A DNA stretch of 63,770 nucleotides, filler included, from Candidatus Babelota bacterium (GTDB lineage: Bacteria; JAGOBX01), in NCBI GenBank assembly GCA_017999075.1. It is 10 parts of 10 records of this genome, joined end to end, with 100 filler letters (N's around TTAATTAATTAA, not from the genome) between each part and the next. Parts side by side here need not be neighbours in the genome. Positions count along the whole stretch, not along the records: positions 51,241 to 57,456 come from JAGOBX010000224.1; positions 57,557 to 63,770 come from JAGOBX010000225.1; 8 more parts are not named here. One strand, written 5' to 3'. Positions 52,299 to 63,000 of this stretch are shown here, piece by piece. Numbering within the stretch: the stretch's first letter is position 1; each line of letters starts with the position of its first letter. Position numbers and translations under genes: made by a program. A model generated the notes under the pieces. That model saw nothing but the letters and a program-made list of their open reading frames with translations, was not told the DNA's origin and did not search any database.

Positions 52299-53734
52299 AA
52301 ATTGCATTTTTAAACCCTCCATTTTATAAACATTTTTCACGCAGTCAGAGAAGCCCGGCAGTAACAAAAGGAGGGACTTTGTATTATCCTATATGGCTTG
52401 CATATGCTGCAGGAGTAAGCGATAAATCAGGATTTGAAACAATATTGATAGATTCGGCAGCGAAAAATCAATCGGTTGAAGATATGATTGACGAACTGAA
52501 AAAGTTTGGACCGGATATTTTAGTGATAGATTCAAGCACTCCAAGTATTTTTAATGATATTAATATAGCGAATATTATTAAAAATAAAATTTTAAATATT
52601 TTTATAGCTCTTGTAGGAACACATCCATCAGCTCTTCCGGAAAGTACATTGAGTTCTTCAGATTGTATAGATATAGTTTGTATTGGAGAATATGATTATA
52701 CAATAAGAGATATTGCTTACGAACTTCAAAAAAAAGGTTCTTTAAAAAATGTGAAAGGCATAGGTTATAGAGATAACGGGAAAATTATTATAAATGAACG
52801 TAGAGAACTTATAGAGAATCTGGATGAAATCCCGTTTGCCGGTTATGTTTACAAAAAATATTTAAATATTAATGATTATTATTTTGCAGCTGCTGATTAT
52901 CCTATGGCTATGATTATTACGGGCCGCGGCTGTCCTTTCAAATGTTTTTTCTGCGTTTACCCTCAAACTTTTCACAGCAGAAGATACCGCTTGAGGACTC
53001 CTGCAAATGTTGCTGAAGAATTTGAATATATAAAAACTGAACTTCCGGAAGTTAAAGAAGTTGCTATTGAAGACGATACTTTCACGGCGAACAGACCTCG
53101 AACGCATAAAATTTGTGAATTACTCATAAAAAATAAAAATAAATTGAAATGGTATGCTAATGTAAGGGCTGATCTTGATTTGGAAACAATGCAGATTATG
53201 AAATCTGCTGGTTGCAGGTTATTGATTGTAGGATTTGAAAGCGGAAGCAATGAAGTTTTAAAAAATATGCATAAAGGTATTTCAAAAGAAGCATCATTAA
53301 AATTTATGAGTAATGCAAAAAAATCCGGATTATTAGTTCACGGTTGTATGATGATAGGTAATCCTGGAGAAACAGAAGAAACCATGAATGAAAGTTATGA
53401 ATTTTCAAGACAACTTGATTGCGACAGTTTTCAATTTTATCCGCTGTATGTTTATCCCGGAACAGAAGCTTATGACTGGGCAAAGCAAAACGGATATTTG
53501 ATGACAGAAGATTTTAATCAGTGGCTGACTCCTTCAGGAGAACATAACTGCGTAATAAGTCTGCCTGGATTGCCGCGTGACAGAATAGTTGAATTTTGTA
53601 ATTCGGCTTACAGGAAATATCATTTGAATCCGAGATATTTATCTAAGAAATTATTGCAGCTTATAACAGCGCCAAGTGAAGGAAAAAGGACAATAAGATC
53701 AGGTTTAAAATATTTCAAATCATTTTTAAGATAA
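52295..53734 (+). CDS. B12-binding radical SAM protein (HpnJ-like)
   Basis: GT.YYPIWLAYA, GRGCPFKCFFC (CxxxCxxC), EDDTFT, VGFESG, YPGT. Confidence 0.9.
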   Translation: MKIAFLNPPFYKHFSRSQRSPAVTKGGTLYYPIWLAYAAGVSDKSGFETILIDSAAKNQSVEDMIDELKKFGPDILVIDSSTPSIFNDINIANIIKNKILNIFIALVGTHPSALPESTLSSSDCIDIVCIGEYDYTIRDIAYELQKKGSLKNVKGIGYRDNGKIIINERRELIENLDEIPFAGYVYKKYLNINDYYFAAADYPMAMIITGRGCPFKCFFCVYPQTFHSRRYRLRTPANVAEEFEYIKTELPEVKEVAIEDDTFTANRPRTHKICELLIKNKNKLKWYANVRADLDLETMQIMKSAGCRLLIVGFESGSNEVLKNMHKGISKEASLKFMSNAKKSGLLVHGCMMIGNPGETEETMNESYEFSRQLDCDSFQFYPLYVYPGTEAYDWAKQNGYLMTEDFNQWLTPSGEHNCVISLPGLPRDRIVEFCNSAYRKYHLNPRYLSKKLLQLITAPSEGKRTIRSGLKYFKSFLR

Positions 53735-53762
53735 ATTTTGATTTATTTAAAAAATAGACTTA

Positions 53763-55184
53763 TTAAATTTTATCAATTTCCGATTGATATTTTTTTAAAT
53801 CTCCGAGTTTTAAATAACATTGAGCTGCATATTTTCTGCATTCCGATGAATTTGGAATTATATTTAAGCTTTTTCTGAAACATTTTAAAGCTTGTTTAAA
53901 ATCATTTTTATTAAAAAATTCAATTCCTTCCATAAAATATTTTTTGTCTTGTTTATTGTCAATTAAAATAAGCTGTTTATCGACAAAATCTTTATTTGCA
54001 AGAGCAAATTGATTAGTCGATTCAATTTTTAAAATTCTTTCTAAAATTTTTTTTAATTCCTCATAATTTTTGTCATATAAGATTATTTTCCCATAATTTT
54101 CCAGTGTTTTTATATCATTAGGATTATATTTTAAAGCCATTTTATACATTTCTTTTGCGGAATAATTGTCGCTGTTAGTTTTATATATTGCGGCAAGATT
54201 GTAATAAGCGTTAGAATGCTCAGGTTTTAAGGAGATAATTTTTTTAAAAATTTTTATTGATTCTTCTGTATTTCCTGTTTGCCATAAAGATAAAGCGAGA
54301 TTATTTAGAGCTGATATATTAGTTGAATCGTGGTTAAGACTTAATTGAGCGAATTCTGAAGATTTTTTATAATCCTTTAATTCCATGTTTATAACTGATA
54401 TTTCATTATAAACTTCAGACAAACGATAATTTTCTGAAATGCAGCGGTTAAATAAATTTAGAGCTTCATCATATTTTTTCATACTTCTTTTTTGTTTTGC
54501 GAGTTCATAACATGATTTTAAGTCATTATATTCTGCAAATTTTTTTTCATTAAGTTTTTCATAAAATTCTAGTTTTTTTATTTTTATTCTGTTATCGAGT
54601 TCTGCGAAGATATATCCATAATGATAAATAAAAAAATCAGCATCTTTTAAAACGCCTTTATTTAGTAATATAGAATTATCAATTAGTTCGTGAATATGCC
54701 CTGAAAAATAATATTCAGGTAAATTTTTAAAAAGCCTGACTTTATCCGAAGGGAACCATCCGGCCGCACCGTCAGCCATTTTTTTTTCTTCATCATTTGA
54801 ATTTGTTCGCCAGTTTGAAGTAGAAGAATTGTTAGTAAAATTTTTAGTTGAACAAATAAATCCATTTATTTCCGGAGATTTTACAGATTGTAATATAACT
54901 GGATAAGAATCAGGACACAGTTTTTCATCTGCATCAATTAAAAAAATCCAGTTTAATGAACTTTTGGATTTAGCATAATTTCTGGCAGCGGCAAAATTAT
55001 CTTCCCATTTAAAAAAATATATTTTGTCAGTAAATTTTTTGCAAATATCTATGGTACTGTCAGAACAGCCTGTATCAATAATTATAATTTCTCCAGCTAT
55101 TTCACGGATAGAATTTAAACAATTTGCGATACATTTTTCTTCATTTTTTACTATTATATTGAATGAGATAGGGGAATTATTCAT
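53763..55184 (-). CDS. GT2 glycosyltransferase with TPR repeats
   Basis: IVKNEE, DTG..D.T, F.AARN, IDADE, IHE, HYGY, followed by TPRs. Confidence 0.92.
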   Translation of the reverse strand: MNNSPISFNIIVKNEEKCIANCLNSIREIAGEIIIIDTGCSDSTIDICKKFTDKIYFFKWEDNFAAARNYAKSKSSLNWIFLIDADEKLCPDSYPVILQSVKSPEINGFICSTKNFTNNSSTSNWRTNSNDEEKKMADGAAGWFPSDKVRLFKNLPEYYFSGHIHELIDNSILLNKGVLKDADFFIYHYGYIFAELDNRIKIKKLEFYEKLNEKKFAEYNDLKSCYELAKQKRSMKKYDEALNLFNRCISENYRLSEVYNEISVINMELKDYKKSSEFAQLSLNHDSTNISALNNLALSLWQTGNTEESIKIFKKIISLKPEHSNAYYNLAAIYKTNSDNYSAKEMYKMALKYNPNDIKTLENYGKIILYDKNYEELKKILERILKIESTNQFALANKDFVDKQLILIDNKQDKKYFMEGIEFFNKNDFKQALKCFRKSLNIIPNSSECRKYAAQCYLKLGDLKKYQSEIDKI

Positions 55185-55194
55185 AATGATTAAT

Positions 55195-55884
55195 TCATTT
55201 AATATCAACTTTTTCTTTAATTAATTCGAAAGTTTTCGGGCCTATTCTTGGAACTCTAGTTAAATCATCTACACTTTTAAAATCTCCATGCTGTTTTCTG
55301 AATTCTATAATTGTTTCTGCAGTTTTTGGACCGATTCTCGGAATTTTAGTTAATTCAGAAATATCATTGCTATTAATGTTTATTTTTTTTGTTTCTTCAT
55401 ATTTATTTAAAAAAGTTTTTTTTATTTCATGTTCTTTTTTTATAAATTTTTCGAGATTTCCCAAGTTCTGATTTGTCAGCATAAATTTGTTTTGATAATT
55501 ATTATAATTTAATTTAGCAGGAATAATTACGGTATCTGATTCAAATATTTTAATGTTATCATATTTAAAATCGTAATCAGCATTAGGAGCAAGACCTCCT
55601 GCAAGTTCAATTAATTTTTTTACAGTAATATGTTTTTGAATTTTATACGTTCCAGGATTTTTTACAGGACCTATTATGCCGATATATATAAAATTATCGG
55701 AAATCTGATTTTTAGAATCTATGCCGTTATTTTTGTTAGAATCGGTATAGTTGTTATTATGATGTATGTCTGAAAAAACAGATTGAGAAGATGTAAAAAA
55801 ATAATTGTTTTTTAAAAATAAAAGTAGTCCTGCTGTAATTGCGAGCAATATTATCCATAACAATTTTCTATTATTGTTATTCAT
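55195..55884 (-). CDS. comEA: ComEA DNA-uptake protein (SLBB plus HhH)
   Basis: TM, G.VKNPG.Y...IELAGG, KININ...EL..IPRIGPKTA..II.FR...G.F.SVDDL. Confidence 0.9.
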   Translation of the reverse strand: MNNNNRKLLWIILLAITAGLLLFLKNNYFFTSSQSVFSDIHHNNNYTDSNKNNGIDSKNQISDNFIYIGIIGPVKNPGTYKIQKHITVKKLIELAGGLAPNADYDFKYDNIKIFESDTVIIPAKLNYNNYQNKFMLTNQNLGNLEKFIKKEHEIKKTFLNKYEETKKININSNDISELTKIPRIGPKTAETIIEFRKQHGDFKSVDDLTRVPRIGPKTFELIKEKVDIK

Positions 55885-56017
55885 ATTGTAAAATATTATA
55901 TTATTTTGTGATTTTTTTCAAGAAAAAATTTCTTGAAATATATTTAATAAATTATAGAATTCTTTAAGGATATAATTAAAACACTTAATTTTGAAAAATT
56001 TGTTTTATTTAAAAGTT

Positions 56018-57456
56018 ATGACAAATACCGAGAATGAAGATATAGATGAATTTAAAAATGCGATAATTTCAAACATCTCACACGAATTAAGAACACCTCT
56101 TGTGGCAATAAGAGGTTATGCGGAAATTATGTCCAATGGAGGCCTGGGAGAACTTAACGATAAACAGCAGAATTCCTTAAAAATCATTGTCAGGAATGTT
56201 GACAAGCTTGTAAGTCTTATAACTGATTTTCTTGATTTTTCAAAAATTGTTTCTAAAAAAAATGTTTTGCTTAAGAAAGAAATTTTTTTATTATCTGAAG
56301 TTGTTGAAACTGTTATTGAAAAATTGGAGATAATGGCTTCTGAAAAAAAAATAAAGATTGAACTTAAATACGACAAATCAATTTTAGTTGAAGCAGATAA
56401 ACATAAAATAGGAAGAATATTATTTAATCTTATACAGAATTCTATTAAATTCAATAAAGAAGAGGGGTATATAAAAATTTGTTTTGATGTAAATAACAAT
56501 AATTTAATTATTGAAATATCAGATTCTGGAATTGGAATACCACAGGAGAAAATAGATAAGGTTTTTGAAAGTTTTTATAAGGTGGATTATTCTGATAAAA
56601 AAAAATATGATGGCGTAGGCATTGGATTAAGCGTTGTAAAAGAGTACGTATATCTGCATAAAGGTAATTTTAAAATAGAAAAATCCTCTCCTTCAGGAAC
56701 AGTTTTTAAAATAAAAATTCCTATAGTTTTAACGGGTGACATTGTTTCTTCGGAAATAATAGCTGTTCTTAAAAAAAAAGTTTTTTTTCTTTTCTGTAAT
56801 AACAATTTGCTGCTGTTAAATATCAAACGGATGTTTTTAAATCTTGGATTTAATATAATTGATTCTTCAGATGCATTTGAATCAGATTTTTTTATAAATA
56901 AATATAATCCTGATATGATTTTTAATTTTATTACAGAGAAAAACGATGTAGTTTTTTTTAATAATTTTAACCAAGCAGATAATATTGATATTCCTCTATA
57001 TAATTTTATAGTTAAAACAGAAGACTCTGTTATAAAATCCATTTCATTAATAAACATGATTCGTCAATCATATATTTTGTCTAAGTCTTTTAAAAATTCA
57101 TTTATTGCGCTGCTTAAAGCCTTAAATAAAGATAATAATGTGCAATTAGCTTTATGCTCAAAAAACGAAGCGCACAGATCATTGTTTATGTTGGAAAATG
57201 GCGATAGTATAAAAATTTTTTCGTCGCCGGCAGAAGCGGCCGAGGATGAATTTGATAATATTTTAATTGATCTGAATAGTGTGAATTTTGAATTGAGTGA
57301 ATTGAATTCTGATATTTTTGAAAATAAAAAATTTTTTTTTGCCATACAGGAAATTAATTCAGATATTATAAATAGATTTTTTGAATACGATCAGTTAAAT
57401 TATAATTTTTCAATAGATGAATTGTTTAATGTTATAGGCAAAATGTACCTTAATAC
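56018..57456 (+). CDS. Cytoplasmic histidine kinase with degenerate C-terminal receiver-like domains, 3'-truncated
   Basis: ISHELRTPL lies about 20 aa from the start, followed by NLIQNSIKF, DSGIGI and GVGIGLS. Confidence 0.88.
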
Positions 57457-57556
57457 NNNNNNNNNNNNNNNNNNNNNNNNNNNNNNNNNNNNNNNNNNNN
57501 TTAATTAATTAANNNNNNNNNNNNNNNNNNNNNNNNNNNNNNNNNNNNNNNNNNNN

Positions 57557-58036
57557 TAAAAGAGAATTTATTTTTTTTATCACATCGTTTTTTACAAACA
57601 TAAAGCTTTGTGTTACAGCAGGAGATTCAGATTTTAAAATAAGGGTTCCTTTATACAATTTTTCCGGGACAAGCGAATTATTAAATATGTCTCCTACAAT
57701 TTCGTTCCATTTGGACAATATAATTGTTCTTGAAATATTGGTATTTCCAGTCAAACCGGTAATATATTTTTTAGTTAAAAAAGACATTTTTTTTAATGAC
57801 CCTCTGTAAATATCAGGGGTTTCTGATAGCTGTTGACAGTTTAAAGATTGAGAAAATGAACAAGTGCTAAATTTGAAATGAGCAGTCATATTTGGCGATT
57901 TAGGGATCTCGCCGAATGTAGATTGAATTTCTTCTTTTTTTAAATATTTAGAGCAAATACAGCATTTTTTCAGATCAAATATTTTTTCTTTAAAAAATAT
58001 ACAGTATCTTGTAAGAGGTTTTGAAACTGCTTTCAT
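57557..58036 (-). CDS. dciA: DUF721/DciA-family protein, 3'-truncated (alternative start 57787)
   Basis: WNEIVG.......PEKLYKGTLILKSESPAVTQSFMFVKNDVIKKIN matches the DUF721 pattern W..IVG...L.V.V.S..W.Q.L...K..I..KIN. Confidence 0.72.
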
Positions 58037-58854
58037 TTTTTTATAAGAAAATTTTGTCTATAATTAGGCGCTTTGACATTATATATTATGCACATTTCAA
58101 TTATGCGTGATAAAATCCTGTCGTTCTCAGCAAGTTTTTCTATATTATCTAAATTATTATTTGTAGTGATAATAGTGGTTTTATGATAATTATTTCTGCC
58201 GTCAATCAATTCATATAATTTTTCATTTTCCCATTCAGTACTGCGTTGAGTTCCGAAATCGTCTATGATAAGAATATCATAACTGATTAGATTTTTAATA
58301 ATATCTGTTTCTGATTCTAAATCTTTTGAATAAGAGTTTTTTAATCTTCCGAAATAATCAGAAGATAACTTTAAGAATTTTGCAGAAGCAGAATAATCAA
58401 GTATAAGTGTATTCATTATTATTGATGCAGATAAGGTTTTTCCATTTCCGGTAGTTTGACTCCATAAAGCAAGTCCGCGTCTTTTAGTTAAATCAGGGTA
58501 ATTTATTATTATATCTTCAATAACATTAAGTAATTCCTGAGATTCCTGAACAGGTTTGTTTTTTTTGTCTTGCAGATTGAAATCACAAAGAAATTTTCCT
58601 TTATAATTTTCAGGCAGGTCGGCATTTTTAAATATTTTATTGATTTTATTGATGTTTGAACGGAATTGTTTGCAGATGCATTGTCTGAAAATACTATTTT
58701 TTTCGTCATAATACAAATTATTGTTTTCATTTCCGCAAATGCATTTTTTTTCTATGCATTTGCAAATAACGGCATTTTTTTGTTCAATGCTCCACGAATA
58801 CCCTTTTCCTGAGCAGTTGCAATGATTGGTTTTTTTTGTTTTCGCTGAGTTCAT
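58033..58854 (-). CDS. DnaC/DnaI/IstB-type AAA+ ATPase with a Cys-rich N-terminus
   Basis: CNC, CKC, CIC, CIC; A.LP..Y....L.DF; Walker A TGNGKT; Walker B LIIDDFG; TIITTN; DRILSRI.EMC. Confidence 0.88.
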   Translation of the reverse strand: MNSAKTKKTNHCNCSGKGYSWSIEQKNAVICKCIEKKCICGNENNNLYYDEKNSIFRQCICKQFRSNINKINKIFKNADLPENYKGKFLCDFNLQDKKNKPVQESQELLNVIEDIIINYPDLTKRRGLALWSQTTGNGKTLSASIIMNTLILDYSASAKFLKLSSDYFGRLKNSYSKDLESETDIIKNLISYDILIIDDFGTQRSTEWENEKLYELIDGRNNYHKTTIITTNNNLDNIEKLAENDRILSRIIEMCIIYNVKAPNYRQNFLIKK

Positions 58855-58909
58855 AGAAATTGAATATAAAATATTCTAAAAGAAAATTCAATCAAATTAT
58901 TAAAAAAAC

Positions 58910-58937
58910 TTGACAATTTTTTTGCGAGTTATAAAAT
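58910..58937 (+). promoter_or_regulatory. sigma70-type promoter
   Basis: TTGACA-16 nt-TAAAAT upstream of 59001. Confidence 0.5.
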
Positions 58938-59000
58938 TCGCTAAAAATATTTTTTTAAACAGTAAAAAAGTAAAATGAAATTTTTCAAGGGGGATTTTTT

Positions 59001-59654
59001 ATGTTAAAAAATTTTATGGTTTTTTTAAGTGCTGTCATTTTGATAGCAGGTTTGACTTCTTGTGCAAAAGAAGAACCGCCAAAACCGAATAATAATCCGG
59101 TTATTTCCAAACTTGAAGCTAATCCTGAAACATTAGCTGCAGCAGGAACATCTACAATAAATTGTTCTGCTACAGATCAGGATGGAGACACAATTACATA
59201 TGTTTGGACGTGCAGTAATGGCAAAATAGAAGGAAATGGCGCTTCTGTAAGTTTTACTGCTCCTGAACAAGGCGGAAGTTATGAAGTTTCTGTTGAAGTT
59301 AGCGACGGACGCGGCGGAATTGCAAAAGAAAAAAAAATGATTCAGGTTAATTCAAAACCTGAAATAAAAGCATTGACCCCGAACAATACAGAATTAAAAA
59401 TGGGAGATAAGACAAGTATTGTTTGCGAAGCTGCTGATGCTGACAATGACCAATTAACATTTGAATGGAGCGCTTCCAAAGGCGAAATCGTAGCTGATAC
59501 TACTGGAACTTCGGCTGAATTTACAGCTCCTGCTGAAGCTGATACTTGCACAGTTACTGTTAAAGTAACTGATGGTAAAGGCGGAGAAGAATCAAAATCA
59601 GTTGATTTGAATGTTATAGCTAAAAAAGGTAAAAGTAAAAAATCAAAAAAATAA
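59001..59654 (+). CDS. Lipoprotein with two Ig/PKD-like domains and a Lys-rich tail
   Basis: Lipobox LTSC, two A.D.D.D.(I/L)T(Y/F).W....G.I...FTAP...V.V.DG.GG repeats, C-terminal KKGKSKKSKK. Confidence 0.88.
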   Translation: MLKNFMVFLSAVILIAGLTSCAKEEPPKPNNNPVISKLEANPETLAAAGTSTINCSATDQDGDTITYVWTCSNGKIEGNGASVSFTAPEQGGSYEVSVEVSDGRGGIAKEKKMIQVNSKPEIKALTPNNTELKMGDKTSIVCEAADADNDQLTFEWSASKGEIVADTTGTSAEFTAPAEADTCTVTVKVTDGKGGEESKSVDLNVIAKKGKSKKSKK

Positions 59655-59699
59655 TAACTTTTATGTAATTGTATTGTTATTATAAAAACCCATCTAAAT

Positions 59700-59742
59700 A
59701 AAAAAACTCTAAAACTGAGTAAAACGGTTTTAGAGTTTTTTT
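59700..59742 (+). terminator. Intrinsic terminator, potentially bidirectional
   Basis: AAAAAACTCTAAAACTG-AGTAAAA-CGGTTTTAGAGTTTTTTT, about 45 nt after the stop. Confidence 0.8.
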
Positions 59743-59928
59743 ATTGAATTTCTTCAATTTTGCTATCAGTTGTAATACATCAATTTATTTAACCGTATAA
59801 TTGACTCAAATAAAAAATATATAATTTTAGGTTTTAATTTTTCTGCAACATAAAAATTTCTCATATTAACGATTTTGCAGATGATATAACTCCAAAATAG
59901 AATGTATTTTAAAAATAATAAAAAAAAA

Positions 59929-59957
59929 TTGACAATAAGAAAAAAATGAAATAAAAT
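59929..59957 (+). promoter_or_regulatory. sigma70-type promoter for the 60077 gene
   Basis: TTGACA-17 nt-TAAAAT. Confidence 0.6.
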
Positions 59958-60076
59958 TAAGATGTTTTATGTAATAAAGAGATTTTCTATAGCACTCTTT
60001 TATATTTTTGTTGCTTAAGAGTTTTATTTATAGGATTAAGAGTGTAAAAAATATATTTATTATTTTATATTTATAA

Positions 60077-63000
60077 ATGAAATTTTGTATAAAGTCAGTA
60101 ATATTAGTCATAATAATTTGGCTGTCATTTTATACGGATATATATTCAGCACCTGCCAATTTAACCCGATTATATATTAAAAGCAATGATATCACACTGG
60201 ATTCTACAGTTGTTTTTGTTACAATTGGAGATGGATTTGAAATTTATGCCGATACTGATTTTCCGGTATGGTCGGGTGTGCCTGATTATTTTTATTGTTC
60301 TGTAACCACTTCGTCAAATTTAAACGATACTATTTATTTAAAATTATATCAGGAAGCAGGGGATACGGGATTATATAAAACCAATTTTGAAATAGTTTCT
60401 ATAGATAAATCTAATGGACAATTGAAAAAAATAGGAGTTAATAATAATTCCGGAGAAACTATTTATTTTAGTTTCAATGGTATTGTTTATGATACTTTAA
60501 TAGTATCTGTTTCAAGACCGCCATTGACAGTAAATACATTGAATTTTTACAGCAATGCAGCATATTCTGTAATAATAAATGATTCAGGGGTACCTATAGA
60601 AACAATTTGTTATTTGGAAGCGAATGCTGTTGACGGTTCTGAATATTCTATAGATTCCCTTCCTATTACAGTTGAAAGCAAATATGATTCTTTTAATATT
60701 AATTTGATTGAAACAGGGAAGAATACAGGGTTATACCGAGGTTATATTAAAGTAACAAATTCAACTGTGCCTCAAAATCAATACATAAAAGTGCTTGTTT
60801 CCGGGGATACTGTGCAGATTAAAGAGTCAATATCAAACAATACTGCTATTATTACATACCGCCAGCCATCTGAACCGAATACTTTTTACGGTATTGAATT
60901 TGTTATAGACAATTTCAGCAACCAGACCAAAAATGATTCTTTGATTTTAGAATCTAATGCATATATTAAATTAAGCGCAAATGATCCAAATCAGAATATT
61001 TTGGATTTAGTTAGAATAATTATAAAAAATATCAGAACAGGCGATACAATAACTAAAATTTTATATGAGCAATCTCCGGGAATTTATACTGGGAATTTTT
61101 ATTTAACAACATACACCAATGGAACAATAGGATATTTGGGAGCATATTATGGAGATTCAATAACAGTATATAATATTTTGGACAGCATATCAGACACATT
61201 GCAGGTAGCAGTTCCGTCAGGTCCAGCAGCATTAAATAATTTAAGATTTATGAATTATAGTTATTTAAGTGAATTAACTGGATATATCCCTGCTTCTTCA
61301 CAATTATATATTGAAGCTAATGGATTAGACGGAAATAGTTTAACAGTTGATACAATGGAATGTTATGTAAAATCGAATCTTGATAATGCGGGAATAATTG
61401 TGGTTTTGACTGAAACTGAAAAAAATTCAGGCAGATACAGAGGAATAGTAAACACTGGAAATTATAGTGACACAGTTTCCCAAGTGATTAATTCATTTAA
61501 TAATGGAGATACTGTAGGTATATATAAAACAATAAATGGAATGACTTTTTATGATGAAATATCAATTCAAAATTCTGTTTCTCCTGTGATTGTAAATTAT
61601 TTAGAATTTAAAACATTTGTTACGCTTGAAGTTATTGAAGGCGAGATTTTGCCGACAGACCAAATTATTGTTGAAGCAATAGCAGTTGATAGAAATTCAA
61701 ATTCTATAGATACTTTAAACGCTTCAATATATAGTGCAATTAATAATGATACAATAATATTTGATTTATATGAGACTTCACGCAATTCAGGAGTATTTAG
61801 AAATAGTTTTGAATTGTCTCAGAACTACACCAATCAAACTTTGAAAATTTTAAAAGCTTCTTTCGGAGATACTATTACAGGATATATTTCTGATTCTACT
61901 GTTATAAACGATGTTTTAAAAGTAACAGTACCTTCTCCTCCAACTGTAATTAATTCATTAAGATTTATGGAAGAATTTTATCAAATTGAAAAAGGTGAAT
62001 ATACTGATGCTTACACAAAGATATATGTGGAGATAACAGCGACAGACAATAATCCTTACTACCAGGATACGAAACAAGCGATATGTTATTCTACCTATGA
62101 TTCTATTACAATAATTTTAACTGAAACCGGCAAAAATAACGGTGTTTTTAGAGGTTTTATTGAACTTAACAATTTCACGTTTGAAACCTTAAATTATATA
62201 AAAGCATATAAAAATGGAGAAACTGTATCAGTATATTGCGGCAATAAGTATGATACTGTAACTTTATTTTTAACATCTTCTCCAATTAGCGTAATAAGTA
62301 TAAACATTAAAGAATCAATTGATTATTTAACCAATAAAACGGACCTGCTGACTATCGGAGATAATGTTTTTGTAGAAATAATTGCTGTTGACGCTAATCC
62401 TTTGACAAAAGATACAATGACTATGAGAGCTCAGGTTACAGCTTCTGATTATATTGAATTTACTGCAGTGGAAACTGAAAAAAATTCAAACAGGTATAGG
62501 GGATTTTTTAGATTGACCACCCTGTCAAATGACACGATTGATGAGCTTGGTGTTAATTATGGAGATACTCTTAGAATAATTGCAGCAGCTACAAACGATT
62601 CTATAACAGCCAATATTACAATTCCTATGTCTCCGGCTTTTTATAATGAATTGATTTTTACTCAAGCAGATTATAATAATGCTTGGCTTGATATAAACCA
62701 AGTGAATTTCGGTTATACTGTATATATAAGAATGACCGCTTCCGACTTTAATCCTTTAACCAGCGATACGTTCGGAGTGATTTTATATACATTAGGACAA
62801 ACTGGTTCTGATTCTGTTGAATATATATATAATTTAACTTTGCTGGAAACAGGAAAACATACTGGAATTTTTCAAGGAAACGCTGTTCTTGATGTGGTTA
62901 AATCAGTTGCGCAAAACAGGTGTAAAACCAAACAAGGGACTTATATAATATTAGTTCCAGGCGATACTTTAGCGGAAAATGTTAAAAATATAAATTCTGA

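Noticed and set aside
58033-58854. IS21 element (IstB)
   Set aside because: No adjacent IstA transposase or terminal inverted repeats, and the Cys-rich N-terminus fits DnaC/DnaI-like loaders better.
59726-59735. GTTTTAGAG resembling a Cas9 repeat or tracrRNA
   Set aside because: Single copy, and fully explained as the 3' arm of a terminator hairpin.
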